Source: Saccostrea echinata (Eukaryota). From it: 64,000 bases of DNA. Positions 49,260-62,615 of the stretch are shown here, in pieces (the first letter of the stretch is position 1; each line of letters opens with the position of its first letter). Made by a program: the position numbers and the translations under genes. Below the pieces are notes generated by a model. The model was not told the DNA's origin and did no database searches. It saw only the letters and a list, made by a program, of their open reading frames with translations. The DNA is taken from NCBI RefSeq assembly GCF_033153115.1, contig NW_026889807.1, forward strand, positions 3,224,001 through 3,288,000, in the 5' to 3' direction.

Positions 49260-50116
49260 GTGCTTCAGTTTGTTATTGGCAATATCTGTGGTTGTGGTAA
49301 AATGTAGTTTTTTGAGACAAGGTCGTCCAACAATCTGTTGGAAATCCCATGGGTACCAATTGCGCCTCGTTAAAGGGTTAGCAGACCTTTTTTGTATTCA
49401 TATGAAGTGGAATTTATTTAAAATCTTATACATGAGAAAAAGAAATCTCTTGCTGTGGCCTTCCACTCGACATTTAGATATATGGACGACGTATTATCAA
49501 TTAACAATAGTTATTTCCATTCACATGTCGACACGATATATCCCAGTGAGCTTGAAACAAAAGATACCAGAGTGTGACACATTTGTATCATATTTGGATA
49601 TTTTACTAGAAAAAGGCGCTAATGGTAATCTAACAACATAGCTTTATGATAAACGTGATCAATTAAACTTTTCAATCGTCATCTTCCCTTCCTTATGCAG
49701 CAATATACCCTTCTCACCTGCATATGGTGTGTATATCTCTCAGTTGATTCGATACGCAAGAGTATGCTCTACGTTTGATCAATTTCTAAAACGGAGCTAG
49801 TTATTGACAAACAAGTTGATGATACAATCAAGAGTCTCGTTTAAAGTCGTCATTTCGAAATCTATATTTTAGATACAATGACCTTGTCAGTAAATGCAAT
49901 CTCTCATTAAGTCAAATGCTGACTGACGCTTTTCATGCTAATTGTTAGGTCATTATTTCCACACTGAAAAGTCGACGGATTTTTTCGTTATTACCCGATC
50001 ATGACAAGGAGCACACGGCGGGTGTAAAGAGTGGGGATGTCCACTTCCCATGGCACCTGATCCCACCTCTGCTTTGGAAGTCGTTGTTTGTTCTGCCCCC
50101 GATTTTTATTGTTTAA
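49260..50116 (+). mobile_element. degenerate Penelope-like retroelement: RT C-terminal half and 3' tail (tail resumes at 54820-54868)
   Basis: Across frameshifts: PMGTNCA, LADLFLYSYEVEFI, FRYMDDVLSINN, IYPSELE, SYLDILL, LYDKRD, SNIPFSPAYGVYISQLIRYARVC. Confidence 0.85.
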
Positions 50117-51186
50117 CCCCTTAACGGCCAAGTGCGCCTTTTGACGCATTTTTAGCATCACATATATTCAACTGTGGGTTTTTTTGTAAATAATTGGGAT
50201 ACAACAAAACAATTGATATTTTCTGAAACTAGAGAAGAAATTAAACATTTTTTTCTAGTCAAAGTTTTTCTGTGTTATGTTAAGAAATTATCTTAAACTT
50301 GAATTGAATATTGCATATCATTACAGGAAGTTGATAAAATTACGCATAAATGACTGATTTTGTGCTATCCTCTGTTGGCTTTATCTTAATTACAATACAC
50401 AATAAAATAAAAATGAATGCCATAACCTATAAGCTGGGAATTTTCCCTACATTCTATATTACGGACATTATAAAGTACGTGCACCCGTTAAAGAGATATT
50501 TGTTGTTGAATATTGGAACTTTTACGAGTAAAACACACAAAATGCACTATGACGTCATTTGATGTTTTACATGCACAATGAAATCGTTCATGAGCTCAGT
50601 GTAGAACAAACTGATTCTTTTGATATATGGACTGATTCTTTTGAGATATGGAAAGTCGACTTATATTGTTAACACACTGATTGCTAATAAATCCACTCAA
50701 CGGTACATTTTGCAGTTTGAAAAAAGGTACTCCCTTACAATTTCTGACTGGCATTTTATGTCACTGACCTGTACGAATTGACTTTAATCGTTTTAAAACA
50801 AACTTCGCAAGTTTTAACGAGCTTCAAAATGTTCACCATAAATAGCAAACTAATAAACGTATTTTCAAAATTGAAGTGTTCCAACTTTTTGATTGGTTGT
50901 CTATAATCAACAAATTAGCATATTTTACGGCGATATTTCAGCGAGTTTGCCCACGGGTGATGAGTAAAGACGAGATCACCCGTGGGTTTCGGACGATGGT
51001 GGACCAGTAAAAATTCCAAAGTCATGAAAACTCGCATTAATATTGTAAGTCTTTTTAACTTAATCACGATGCAAAAATTTCACAATTTGTTATACGTATA
51101 CGCTATCGATTGCAATTACGTACTCCCAGGTACCTATATTGATCAGTCATTATAATCAGCTGTTTGTCTGGCTATGTTTACTACGT

Positions 51187-51541
51187 AACGTTCACGGTAG
51201 CTAAGTCGGTAGGGCGCTCGCTTCATGATCGGGAGGTCGTGAGTGCGAATCTCGGCCGCGACTGACCTAAGTCGATAAAAAAAAAAATGGATAGCAACTG
51301 TTCCTTCGCCATGCGCTTGGCACTTTGAAGTGAAAGTTGCGGGTCCTTCGGATGAGACCTTAAAAACCGAGGCCCCGTGTCACGGCAGGCGTTGGCACGA
51401 TAAAGATTCCTCTCTGCTCAACGGCCCTAAGTGCCGAGTAAAGGTCAAAATTTGAAGCCCTTCACCGATATATGGTGACGTCTCTACATGAGTGAAAAAT
51501 TCTCGAATGGGACGTAAAACAACATACAATCAATCAGTCAA
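51187..51541 (+). mobile_element. full-length young V-type SINE
   Basis: A/B boxes, core, (CAAT)n tail; imperfect 14-bp TSD TATGTTTACTACGT / TACGTTTAATACGT. Confidence 0.93.
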
Positions 51542-52937
51542 TACGTTTAATACGTAGTACGTCGTAAACGTAGCCAAATAAACAGGTGATTTTAATCAGA
51601 TTGCTATATTTATAGAAATAACTTCTGAATAATCACACAGGAAACTCATGTTTCTTTGTTCAGGTTTATTACTTCATTTTTTCAGTCCTCACAGAGTTAA
51701 TAACAAGTCTTTTATCAAACTGGATAAAAATGGAGAACTTGGGATAAATAACAAATTCTCCCTCATTACCTCATTCTTTACAGATTAGCCGGGATTACAA
51801 ATTAATGTGAATGTGTATTGAGGAAGTCGAAAAAAATTGAATCTACTTCTAAGCAAAAATAAAACAGGACGAGTATGTAAAATATTTGCCAGAACATCGA
51901 ACGTAAAAAGCAAAATGAGCTATTGAATATAAAAACTGTCATTTTATTAATTTTTTAAAAGCTGTGGAGAAATGTTAACGAAAGTACAATCATCAGAAGT
52001 ATCCGGAAACTATGCCTAAGCTCTATAATTTTGGGAAAACGTTTTTTTTTTTTCAGTATAAAACACAAAATATTTTTAAAACATTCCCCTTTCCTTTTAC
52101 AGTGATTATGAATTATTATTTAACAAATTTATACCAAAGCTCTTGTTGTTTCACACGGGGTGGGGGTGGGGGTATGTTTACAGATAAAAGTTTTTTTTTT
52201 TTTTTTTTTTTACATGAGTTAAACATATCGAAAAAATGAAGGATCATTTATCTATTTCCATGAGTATTTTAAAATCTTAGTACTATTTTAAAATCTGGTG
52301 ATTTTTTAAAGCCTGATTTCAATGGATATTCATCTTCTAGCCCCCTTATAAAAAGAATTGTATTTAAGAGCAATCAACAATTTGACACTGGTATTAATAT
52401 TATAATTCTATCACTAGTGAAATCTTGTTTGCAATAAAAAAAAATTAATGGCAAAATTGTCATTTTTATTGAATAAAGGGGTGTAAAATGTAGGCTGGAA
52501 TCGAGAGTTAATGTGTGTAGTTCTTTGCCATACTCTCCCCATGGCCGTCTTTTAAAAAAATAATGAACTAGTGATATTGTATATTTGAGTACATAACAGG
52601 GTGTTGTGAATTCTCAGATGCAGATCGCTGGAAACAGGCAAGTAATTTTATTCAATGATAAAACTGTACTGAAAGTACATGGGGCCCCATTTGATGTCAA
52701 AAACGACTGGACATTGTTTCTTCTAAAACACATGGGTTTTCCAAAAAGAAAAAAAAAACGGGTATTTAAGGCGAGATATTTTCTCGCATGATTCCGAGGA
52801 CATCAAATCAACATTTAACAAACGAATTAATGTTCAGCAATACCCATCCTCTTCTCCCATCGACCAACGTTTTATAGATGTCAGTTTTTTGTAACGTTTA
52901 TATTTGTAATTTTAATGTGTACCATGGTGTTGAATAT

Positions 52938-54425
52938 AGTATACCCATATTTTTAGGAAGCCACCTTCCCAAAATTGTTATTTTTGTAACCATGGCAACA
53001 CTGTTCATTGAATTAAAAATAGTAAAATAAAGAATTGTGTATCTTAATGTGCTTTAAATTTTATTGAAGTCAGGCAAAAACTGTAGGAGGGAAAGCGAAT
53101 TCAAAATTGCTGAATATACCGTATAACGGGTATTTTCTGCCGTTGTCCAAATTTTGCGGAATTTTGCGGACAGGACAAATCCGCAAAAATTACAATCGCA
53201 AAATATTTTTTCAATATTCATTCAGATATTTTGTACATGCAATTATGATAAGTGGTGCGTATGTCTGACAGGGTTCTCATTATCGCAAGAACCTGCGTAC
53301 TGGAAACAGCAAAATTATTTGGAACGCAAGGTTTTTAAAATCGATGCATATGCAGACTCATGAGTGGCCACATCCTCGCTAGCGAGAAAATTCGGGTGTC
53401 ATCGAAATTCCTGTAAATAATATCAATGAAATAAGAGCTGATAAAAAAACATCTTTACTTGTACCTATTTCGCAATTATTAGTCCAAACTCCGATAGCTG
53501 CAAACGACACATGGTAGCTTCTCTTTTTTAAACACTTTTTTTTCAATCTTGTGTTTTACATTGAGACAATAATTACTGTAATCTTGTGTTTTTTAATTAC
53601 TGCTTGTATGCACTGTTTGGCTCGATTGTCTCGTGAATTTCACCTAATGCATAAGACTGACAGGATTAGTTACGCCTCAATGCACATGATACCTGTTGTT
53701 AACCGTCAACTTTAGGGTAATTCATTATGCAACTGTTTGTTTCAGCTTAAAATATAAACTCCAAATTAATTTTGATGGCAGTTAACTAGAAATGTATTTT
53801 AGAATATGGCTTGGATGTATTTATTATCATTATCTACATATATTTAAATACTACTATTTTGATAGATCGCATAACACGTCTGCTAGAATAAAGATTTCTA
53901 TTGTTGTTTGGGTGGACTGACACTGCATTAATTCATTTCAATTGGTGCTTGAAATATTTTTACAAAAACTAACTAAAAGATAGTAGTTTAATTAAGCATA
54001 ATAGCTCAATACCAGTTTTCATGCACCTTTGATCAATATGTCTTAATGAATTTATAAAACGTAAACATGACAGCGTTCTGATAGTTCATAAAGTTTAGTG
54101 CATGATCATACCCCGTAAATAATTTTTTGCGGTATAGTGCAACCGCAGAAATTGAAAATGCTACCTTTTAGGGGTTAAATCGCAAAAATTTCCAACCGCA
54201 GAAAATACCCATTTTACGGTAGTATACCCGTGTTTTGTTAGGAAGTTCCATTCTCAAAATTGCTGTTTTTGTAACCATTGCAACATTGTTCATTGAACTA
54301 AAAATACTAAAATAAAGAGTTGTGTATCTTAGTATACTCTACATGTGTACCAAATTTTATTGAAGTCAGACAAAAGCTGTAGGAGGGAAAGCGATTTGAA
54401 ATTTGCTTACGACAATCAGACAGCT
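52938..54425. repeat. two ~180-bp Helentron-type tandem monomers split by a MITE
   Basis: 52938-53116 and 54222-54410 share GTAACCATGGCAAC..AAATTTTATTGAAGTCAG..CTGTAGGAGGGAAAGCGA. Confidence 0.7.
53119..54219. mobile_element. Tc1/mariner(pogo)-type MITE, 1.1 kb, TA TSD
   Basis: TA|CCGTATAACGGGTATTTTCTGC matches reverse complement of GCAGAAAATACCCATTTTACGG|TA; CGCAAAAAT subterminal repeats. Confidence 0.85.
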
Positions 54426-55811
54426 GTAAAGCCAAAGTCTTACGGATGATTATGTGTAATTGTATAAACTCTTTCTATCAAATAAAATTGACCAGTATAA
54501 CTAAAGAAAATAATTGACTGCATGTTTTGTTTTAATAGTATCACTAAATCCTCTGTTATGGAATCATTATTTGTAAATTTGTTTGTATTTCTTGGATGAA
54601 AAAGGGGAAAAACACATCTCTTGGCAATAATGGGTCTCATTCGTTGCCATGGCAACCGCGAAGTCATTTTACTCTACATAATTAAATACATTAAGATTTT
54701 ACCTTTCAGAAAATATATAGGTTGATTTATGTAAAAGTGACCAGAAAATGTCTAAATTTCTATTTGAATTTTTAAGGCAGTTTTGCAGAAAAAATGAAAA
54801 ATTTCTGGTAGTTAAAGGGTTAATGAATTTTGAGCTTGAATACTGTTCGTTATCTCCATGTTTCATTAAATTTGTGTACTCAGAACACAAAAGTTTAGTG
54901 GATATATCTAGACTTTTGTCGCAGACAGAGTGACACGGCAGCAGTGTAATACCCGACAAATTATTGACTTCAGATAAATGCATACTTCTCATCCTTTTGT
55001 CCTACCTATGCATTAAGTTTTGGTCATTTATATAGGTAGCCTTTCTATTTTAAAGCCATATCTGGGATTTCATGAAGTGCCATATTTTTTTTTATATTCA
55101 ATGGTTTTATGGTAAAGTCGTAGACAACGTGGTTTTTCTTTTCAGAAAAATAGAGTGCACACGTAGCTGAAATTTGCAGCAAGTGTCCACTTATTCTAAA
55201 TGAATGAAACTTTATATTTTTTTTTTAAACAGAATATAGTCAGGGATAAGGAATTTATCATGCTTAAATATGCACAAGGTATATTCATACGACGCATGGT
55301 CGAAAAATGGTTTCAGGAGAGGGTACATGAGAACCATACAGTAACAGCTAGAGTTCTCCACGACCCCGACACTTTAAAATTTTCTCCCCTACAGTAAGGA
55401 TTCAAATTAAGATTCAAACTTTAAAATTTTGCGACAGGACACAGTAAGATCTTTGATAATCTGAAAATCAGAACATAAAGCTCCCTAACTGATACTTTAA
55501 TCAAACATATCTACAGTCTTCCAATTTTTAAGGCAAAGCACTTAATTGTCTCTTAATCAGGGCACTTTTTCTTGCATCACCTTGCATAATCAATTACTTT
55601 CTAGACCCTCGCTCGACTTTACCCATGAAGGAACAAAGAGAAAATATTTCTTTTAAAACTTTAATGTAACCGTATAATTGCTAGTTGCATTTTAAATTAT
55701 TAAGCATGTTATTTAAAAAATAAAGGAAATCTTATATGCCTTTACTTTAGAACCACGTCTCTAGAATTACGTTGGCACTGTAAGTCAAATACCGTAATCA
55801 TTTAATTGATG

Positions 55812-56163
55812 ATTGATTGATTGATTTTATGTTGTTTCACGTCCCGATCGAGAATTTTTCACTCATATAGAGACGTTACTATATATCGGCGAAGGGCTTC
55901 AAATTTAGAACTTCACTCTGCACACAAGGCAAACAAGCAGTGAGGGTCCTTTATCGTGCCAACGCCTACCGTGACATGGGGCCTTGATTTTTAAGGTCTC
56001 ATCTGAATGACCCGCAATTTTCACTTCAAAGTACCGAGCACTTGGTGAAGGAACAATTGCTGCTTATTTTTTTATCGACTTAAGTAAGTCGCGACCATTA
56101 TTAGAACACACGACTTTCCGAGCACGGATCGAGCACTTTACAGACTGAGCTACCGTGACGATG
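55812..56163 (-). mobile_element. full-length diverged V-type SINE
   Basis: (ATTG)n tail, core and head on the minus strand; TSD-like TTTAATTGATGA / TTTAACTGATGA. Confidence 0.9.
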
Positions 56164-56370
56164 TTTAACTGATGAAATTGTTGAAGAATTTAAAGGCACC
56201 CCCTAAAAATATTTTACTCTTCTAACGTTTTTTTTTTAATTACATTCGGCAATTTGATCAGCTGACAAAATTAACGGCAATTTTACTTTTAAACATAAGG
56301 TAAGTAGATCACTTAAATCGACTACGGTTTCTTCTGCTCAATAAAGTACTATATATATAAATGTATATAT

Positions 56371-56446
56371 TAGGGATGTCAATTTTGTCAATAATTCATA
56401 TTCGAATATTCAATGAAAGTATTCGAATATATTCGAATATTCGATA
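56371..56446 (+). mobile_element. hAT-like terminus with TATTCGAA subterminal repeats (other end not found)
   Basis: TAGGGATG start followed by repeated ATATTCGAAT units. Confidence 0.4.
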
Positions 56447-57144
56447 AAATAAAATCTGTATTATTTTAAATACGCATCCCGTTACTCTCATTACTCTCAT
56501 GAAAGGTTTAGATTACATTAAACATTCTTATCTGAATTGAAATCGCCATTTGTTGTATTCTCCGTTACGTCATGTTGTTCCAGTCAGACGACCAAACGCG
56601 TCCCTAATTTGAAGAGTTCCAGCAATGGAAATAGAACGTATTGACGTCGATCCCGATGGAAATCACGTCACTTCCTTTTTTAACGAGGACAAACTACCCC
56701 CCCCCCCCGCCCCACAAGAGCATTATTATATCCCCTTTAACTCCGTTGCGAGGGGATTAAAAACAATAAGAATCGTAATCAGGACAACATTATTGATCTC
56801 TAAACCACTAGAAGAAGGATCAAGAGGAGGATGTGTCCCCTGTCATGTGGTCACACCCACTGTAAAGCCTCTGTATTGACGAGGAGAACAGAGTGCATTG
56901 TGTTATCCGTAGTAAAGATTATTTAACGTTATCAACCAGGATTGACGTAATCAAATCGCATAAGTTGAGTGAGTTATTCTTAAAAAGCTTTTCATTTTTC
57001 TTTTTATATAGCTGCCCCTCACAGTTCTGAAAAAAACCTGTAATGTTCCTTATTATAAATAAATATGTCAAGTCTACATTTCATTTCCATTTATTTGATA
57101 ACTTCTAAAATGCACCAGACTGTCGATCACCCTTAGTCGAACAA

Positions 57145-58165
57145 ATGTGACTCTGTAAATAACACTTTGTCTATCATAAGGAAGACTATAACTTATAAAA
57201 CTGACATTTCATCAGATATTAATTTTTTTCTCTATTTTCAGAATTTAGCCAAGTATTGGTCATCGGGAAAAATTCTATTTTAAATAACAATGTATTTGTA
57301 CTTTAAAGATACAGACAAGCAATACTTTAATATATCAGATACTTTTTTAATTAGCCATTCTAAATATAACATAGATAGAAAATGTAAAATTAACATATTT
57401 AGATTTTCAGAATAAAATTTCATTGTTCAAATATCATTTGAATTTTTCGAGTGATTATTTTCACAGTACTTTGGTTAGTAATAGCAAAAGCTTTAATTTA
57501 AAGTTGGTTAACTATTAAAAAGTTGTATTACATGGAAAGAGGAATTTTTAGGGCATCCTTTTTTGTCTCCGATTTCTATAATGAAAATTAGTACTTCATC
57601 AAAAGCAAAGAATCATTTCTCCTTGATTTTCCAAATAATTCACATATTATGTAAAATCATATAAAAACGTGCGTGAACTTAGAAAAAATAATTCAAATGA
57701 TTATTTTTGAAAATAGATCTGAAGGTATGTTGAAACAATAATGTTTACTAAAACGTGAATGCACCATTCCGTAGATGTGAGTATCAAACAAAGTACATTT
57801 ATTCCAAGATATTTTACATGTTAATCGTATGTAATTTATACATGGAATTCTCATGAAATGTGAGGACACGGATATCCATGGTGGAAAAATCTCTGTTGTC
57901 GATTTAAATTTTGGCGATGGAAGGTTTAGTGAAATCTGAATTTGGATATTTCCATTTACCTTGTGAATTCCTTGAATTTCTACTTGTACTTCTACTTGTA
58001 CTTCTACTTGTACTTCTACTTGTACACATACAAAACTTATCATTAATCTTACAGAGAAGCAGGCTAGGACTGACATCCAAATACATGTACTAAGCAGTGA
58101 TCTATTCCTCTATGTGAACTGCTGTGCTTTTCCTTTTATATTTTGATAGTTGTTAGACTACAATT
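57145..58165 (+). repeat. older, more diverged partial copy of duplication unit B
   Basis: Aligns to ~43330-44310 (e.g. GAAAATAGAT.TGAAGGTATGTTGAAACAA, GATAGTTGTTAGACTA). Confidence 0.8.
57978..58025. repeat. 12-bp minisatellite (CTACTTGTACTT)x~4
   Basis: Direct reading; absent from paralogous copies. Confidence 0.9.
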
Positions 58166-58629
58166 TTCGTCGCAGGGTTGTCGTTCGTAACTTTCTCAGA
58201 CACCTCTGCAATGGGCGCACGTCAAGATTTTTGACATAAGGTAAAAAAAAAAAAATCAAGGATCATTCAAAATTAAACAAATAGCTCCTGATTTTCCTAG
58301 TAAAGCTCTACCTTATTAAAAATAGTGCAGGAATTGAACTAAAACAATTGCACTATGTCTCATGCTTATCACTGTGATATACGCAATCCAATGACATCTT
58401 TTACAAATATATAGAATTCTAGTACGAACAATTTTATCGGTTGGCAGAATTTTCTGTAGGTTGCGCATGATTTCTTTTCTAACCTAAGGCTTGAAATTAC
58501 GATGGTATGCTGCTCATTTTCTAGCAGAGAAATTGCTCTCATGGGAGATATGTCTTTGTTTTCAACCAGAGCGTTTCCAATGGCTAATCGGACAAACTTA
58601 ACCCCTTACACTGACCACATTGTACATAA

Positions 58630-58805
58630 TGTTTTTAAATTACCATGAACAATTTCTTTTTCTGGTAAAAAGTCCAAATATGAAATAAATGATTCAGACC
58701 CTGTGATATCTTTCATTTCAAGTTCACTGGGATATATCCAGTCGACATATGAATGGATGTAAGTATTGCTAATTTAATACGTCGTCGATATATCTAAATG
58801 TTGAG
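58630..58805 (-). mobile_element. Penelope-like RT fragment
   Basis: Minus strand encodes FRYIDDVL...HSYVDWIYPSELEMKDITGSESFISYLDFL. Confidence 0.75.
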
Positions 58806-59102
58806 AGGGTTCACATGAAATATACGGTCTTTACATTATATAGCAGTTTTAGCTACCGTATGTATACAATTAAAAATAAATTGTGCACTTATTTACTATC
58901 ACCTTCTCTCGATTTATTCTTTGCAAAATAACGTCCACATTTCTTTCGACGCAGCAAAATAAAAGTTGTACTGAATCAATGTCACAAAGAATTCACATAT
59001 TTCTAAATAAACGTTCAAAAACAGATATCCCTGATCTTCTTTTGGTTTATTTGATAACCTGTGAAATGCGTCCAACTGTCTTTCGATCACTCTAAGTCTA
59101 AC

Positions 59103-62100
59103 CAGAGACATATAAGAGAGGGACCGCTGACTCATTCGGGACGTTTCTAGACTTTTCACTTTAAGTTGAGTACTCTAATTCCGAATGGAAAAATGATGTT
59201 CCGATTTTCGCAGCGCCCTCACCGGGAGGCATAGAAACTATAAACAGTATGGCGTTTCATCATAGAACGGGTAGTAAACATCGCTACAACTCCGATTTTA
59301 CTCGTGGCATTAATCGCAGGGGGATGAGTTACTTTCATTTTCATGACGACAAAGAATTGAGAACAAATTTATCTACAGTAAATAGATGGAATCGATCTTC
59401 TAACCCCGACTCGAGTTGCATTTTTTCATGATGGCTTGTCTTCTGTACAACATCTACAATGAGAAATACACTGTAATATGCATTTTATAGTGTAGGATAA
59501 GAAGACCTTTTTTGACGAGGCCATTTGTTTGCAGTGTTGGTTTTGCACTGGCATGTATTATTTTATTTAGTGGTTACCTATACATGCACGTAACGTTACG
59601 TGCTAGATTTCATGCAGCTAGGTTTGTGTATTTCCCGTATTTTTTTTTTTTATATCGTTATATAAATATATCTGTATACATTCATTAAAATTAAAATAAA
59701 AAGTGCTGAAATAAGCCCTTTTTTAAAAATATCATATTGTGGTATATAAAATATATTATTATTTTTTTTTTATTATAACATATCTAAAAACACAAAATAC
59801 ACCATCATGAAACCAAGCATAAATTGTGACTTGTAGTCTAATCAAGCAACTCATACATTTTATCATTTACTGCATTTATAAAACATTGTTACAGGTGCCA
59901 TTTTGCAAAAAAAAAAGTCAATTGCAAAAAAATTAACTAAAGTGGTGCTGATCAAGAAAACCCCATCACAGTGCACATGGTCTATGCAACTCAAGTACTG
60001 CTAATGGTTTTAGGAGCCCTCTATACATTGCACACCTTAGACTTATTATGTGGTACTTATATGCAGGAAGACTGACTTTCTGTTAGATCTACAATCTAAT
60101 TAAAAATGAAATAATTTGAAGTTTACAGTATATTTATTTATATTAATCAATTCAAGCATTCTTAACATTTATTAAGCCAAAAATAAAATTTAATGAATAC
60201 TTTATATACATGTATATCAGCCCTGCAAGCTGACACAGTTAAAGAATGTTTTGCCCATACAAAAACCCTGTATTTTCTACAAAGTATATTTATATGTAAC
60301 AAACCTTTATACAATTTAAATATTCTGAATGTGAAAAAAATCATAGAAAGGATGATAAAGACTCTTTGTGAATATGTAGAGGTACTTGGTTATTATGTCC
60401 TTTATTCAAATTCAAATGACAAACATGTACTCNNNNNNNNNNNNNNNNNNNNNNNNNNNNNNNNNNNNNNNNNNNNNNNNNNNNNNNNNNNNNNNNNNNN
60501 NNNNNNNNNNNNNNNNNNNNNNNNNNNNNNNNNNNNNNNNNNNNNNNNNNNNNNNNNNNNNNNNNNNNNNNNNNNNNNNNNNNNNNNNNNNNNNNNNNNN
60601 NNNNNNNNNNNNNNNNNNNNAAAGACAAAAATATGTATTGGTTGACTTAATGTTTTATTGTCACACATTTAGGCCTTGTAGTAAATTCCAGTTTGTATAC
60701 ATCACATTGAAATTTGAAATGTACATCACACATAGCTTTTCTTTACTCAGAATTTACAGTCCAAGGAGTGGAAAAATATGTGGAAAAATATTCAATCATT
60801 AAATTCTCAGAAGTCATAAAAAAAGCCTTTACAAATGTCCTTGACTGAAAATAGCTCAGATTTTACCATTAAAAGTTAAGGATATCATTAATTCAGTTGC
60901 TGTATTGTTGAAAAACCTCGCAACAGTAGTGCAATACAAGCCAATGTTTGTTTCAGTGGCGTTTCGAGTTTGGCCATGTTTGATGCAGCAGCATGGTACA
61001 ATTTTAAGCTTTGCAGCTTACTAAACTACTATTCGTTGCCTTTTTCATTTTAAGATCTCACTTTAAACACCATTATAAAGCAGGTCAAGGTCTTTTGAAA
61101 GACAACAGGAAACTTTAGAATCTTGTAGAATCAATCAGTAGAGGTACCATAATATCTGAAAATAGGAAAATGCAAATCAATGAATAAAGAATTTAATAGC
61201 TTCATGAGATGAAACCTGGGTTAGGGCAATTGTATGTATATTTAAAAAAAAAAAAACAACACACACACACTATAAAAGCAGTTTTAAAAAAAACATTCTC
61301 CCCCTAAAACAAGGGCACCTAAAGGCGGAGCATCCCCTCACAAAGAGCATAATTATCTTTAAATCATGGCAGCATTCGACATCGATCCTGATGCAAATTT
61401 AGATGTTAACAGTTACATGTAGCAGGTTGATATATTTTTTAAAATCATTGTGAAATAATAGAAAGAAAATTGCCACTCACTTAATAGATTTATGGTGGTA
61501 GGAATAAAGTCCCACATTAAAATAAGCATTCTGCATTTCCACTGCTGGCAAGCTGTATCTGTTGCTGAGGAAACTGATTTCATACCTGGAGATAACATGA
61601 AGAACCAATTTTCATAAAATTGAATAATGAGTATCTACATGTTTACATGATGTAAAAAAATAACATGCTGATTATTCACTCTTGGATATACAAAAATTCA
61701 ATCACATGACAGACTACATAAAACCATCAACATTTAAGATAAAATAATACATTCCATGACTATCATCAGGTCTTATGTTGAGAAACTCTCAGGCCCCATA
61801 GGAGGGAAGGAATTTCAGTTCTGGGGACACAACCTATTTTAGAAATTTTGGTTGAGCCAAAAAAATAGTTTGTCTGACTTTAATTTAAATATTTTTTTTA
61901 AGGGACACATTATAGTAACTGTACAGTAGTTTCTAATGTTAAGCTTTGTATACACTCTGACATGTAACATGTAGTATCGGGGGGGGGGGGCTTTCCCCTT
62001 TTCCAAACATACCCTTTTACACAACCTTTTACTGTTGAAAATATCCACTGAAAGCTGCCCCCCCCCTTCTCCATGAAATAGGATTTCCGACAATTCTACT

Positions 62101-62615
62101 CTTTTTTTTTTTTTGGTTTTGCTTGTCCAAGATTTTCAGATGTACCCCCCCCCCTTTTACAATGATACTTAACTACGTGCCTGTATACTGGCAAAATTAT
62201 TTTCCCCTTGCTCACCGGTTCTTGCGGGCCTGAGTCTACAATTATCATGATGATATATGGGAACAACTTTTATACAAGACAAAATTTTAACTCAAATTAT
62301 TGTATCGATGTGACCATGACTTGCGTGTCAACATCTGATGATCTAAAGTTCTACGTTGTTTTTTTTTTTTTTATAACTCGTTATAGCTTGAAAAATACAT
62401 CTAAGATATCAACTTATGTAAATAGTAATTGACGTACAGGCTATATATAATAAAATATAGAATATAATCGCAATATTTACCCCAAAGGCTGCGAAGACAA
62501 CACAGCAGCTGTTATGACAGGAAGTCTTTCTATGCCTCCCGGTGGGGGCGCTGCGAAAACATGAAGATAATTTGGCGCGAAAATGAGTCAGCGGTCCCTC
62601 TCTTATATGTCTCTG
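59103..62615. mobile_element. non-autonomous P-superfamily-like DNA transposon, perfect 34-bp TIR, 7-bp TSD
   Basis: TIR CAGAGACATATAAGAGAGGGACCGCTGACTCATT at 59103-59136, inverted at 62582-62615; TSD GTCTAAC at 59096-59102 and 62616-62622; second inverted pair at ~59205-59238 / ~62527-62559; empty site (GCCTAAC) in the paralog at ~43309. Confidence 0.88.
60433..60620. other. assembly gap (188 N)
   Basis: Run of n. Confidence 1.

Larger units (their letters stand above)
50117..54819. mobile_element. non-autonomous piggyBac-like element (TTAA TSD) inserted in the Penelope-like tail
   Basis: TTAA|CCCCTTAACGGCCA ... TGGTAGTTAAAGGG|TTAA; removing it rejoins a tail matching the uninterrupted copy at 44925-45040. 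Confidence 0.8.

Noticed and set aside
50950-50986. Possible hammerhead ribozyme (GTGATGAG...CGAGA in a hairpin)
   Set aside because: Core deviates from CUGAUGA/GAAA and the three-helix topology is absent; it is a simple 12-bp stem hairpin.
57693-58093. ORFs with VQVE / TSRS / LLVL repeats
   Set aside because: Translations of a 12-bp minisatellite in a non-coding duplicated block.
60193-60802. Long ORFs spanning X runs (also 30039-30344)
   Set aside because: Artefacts of N gaps.
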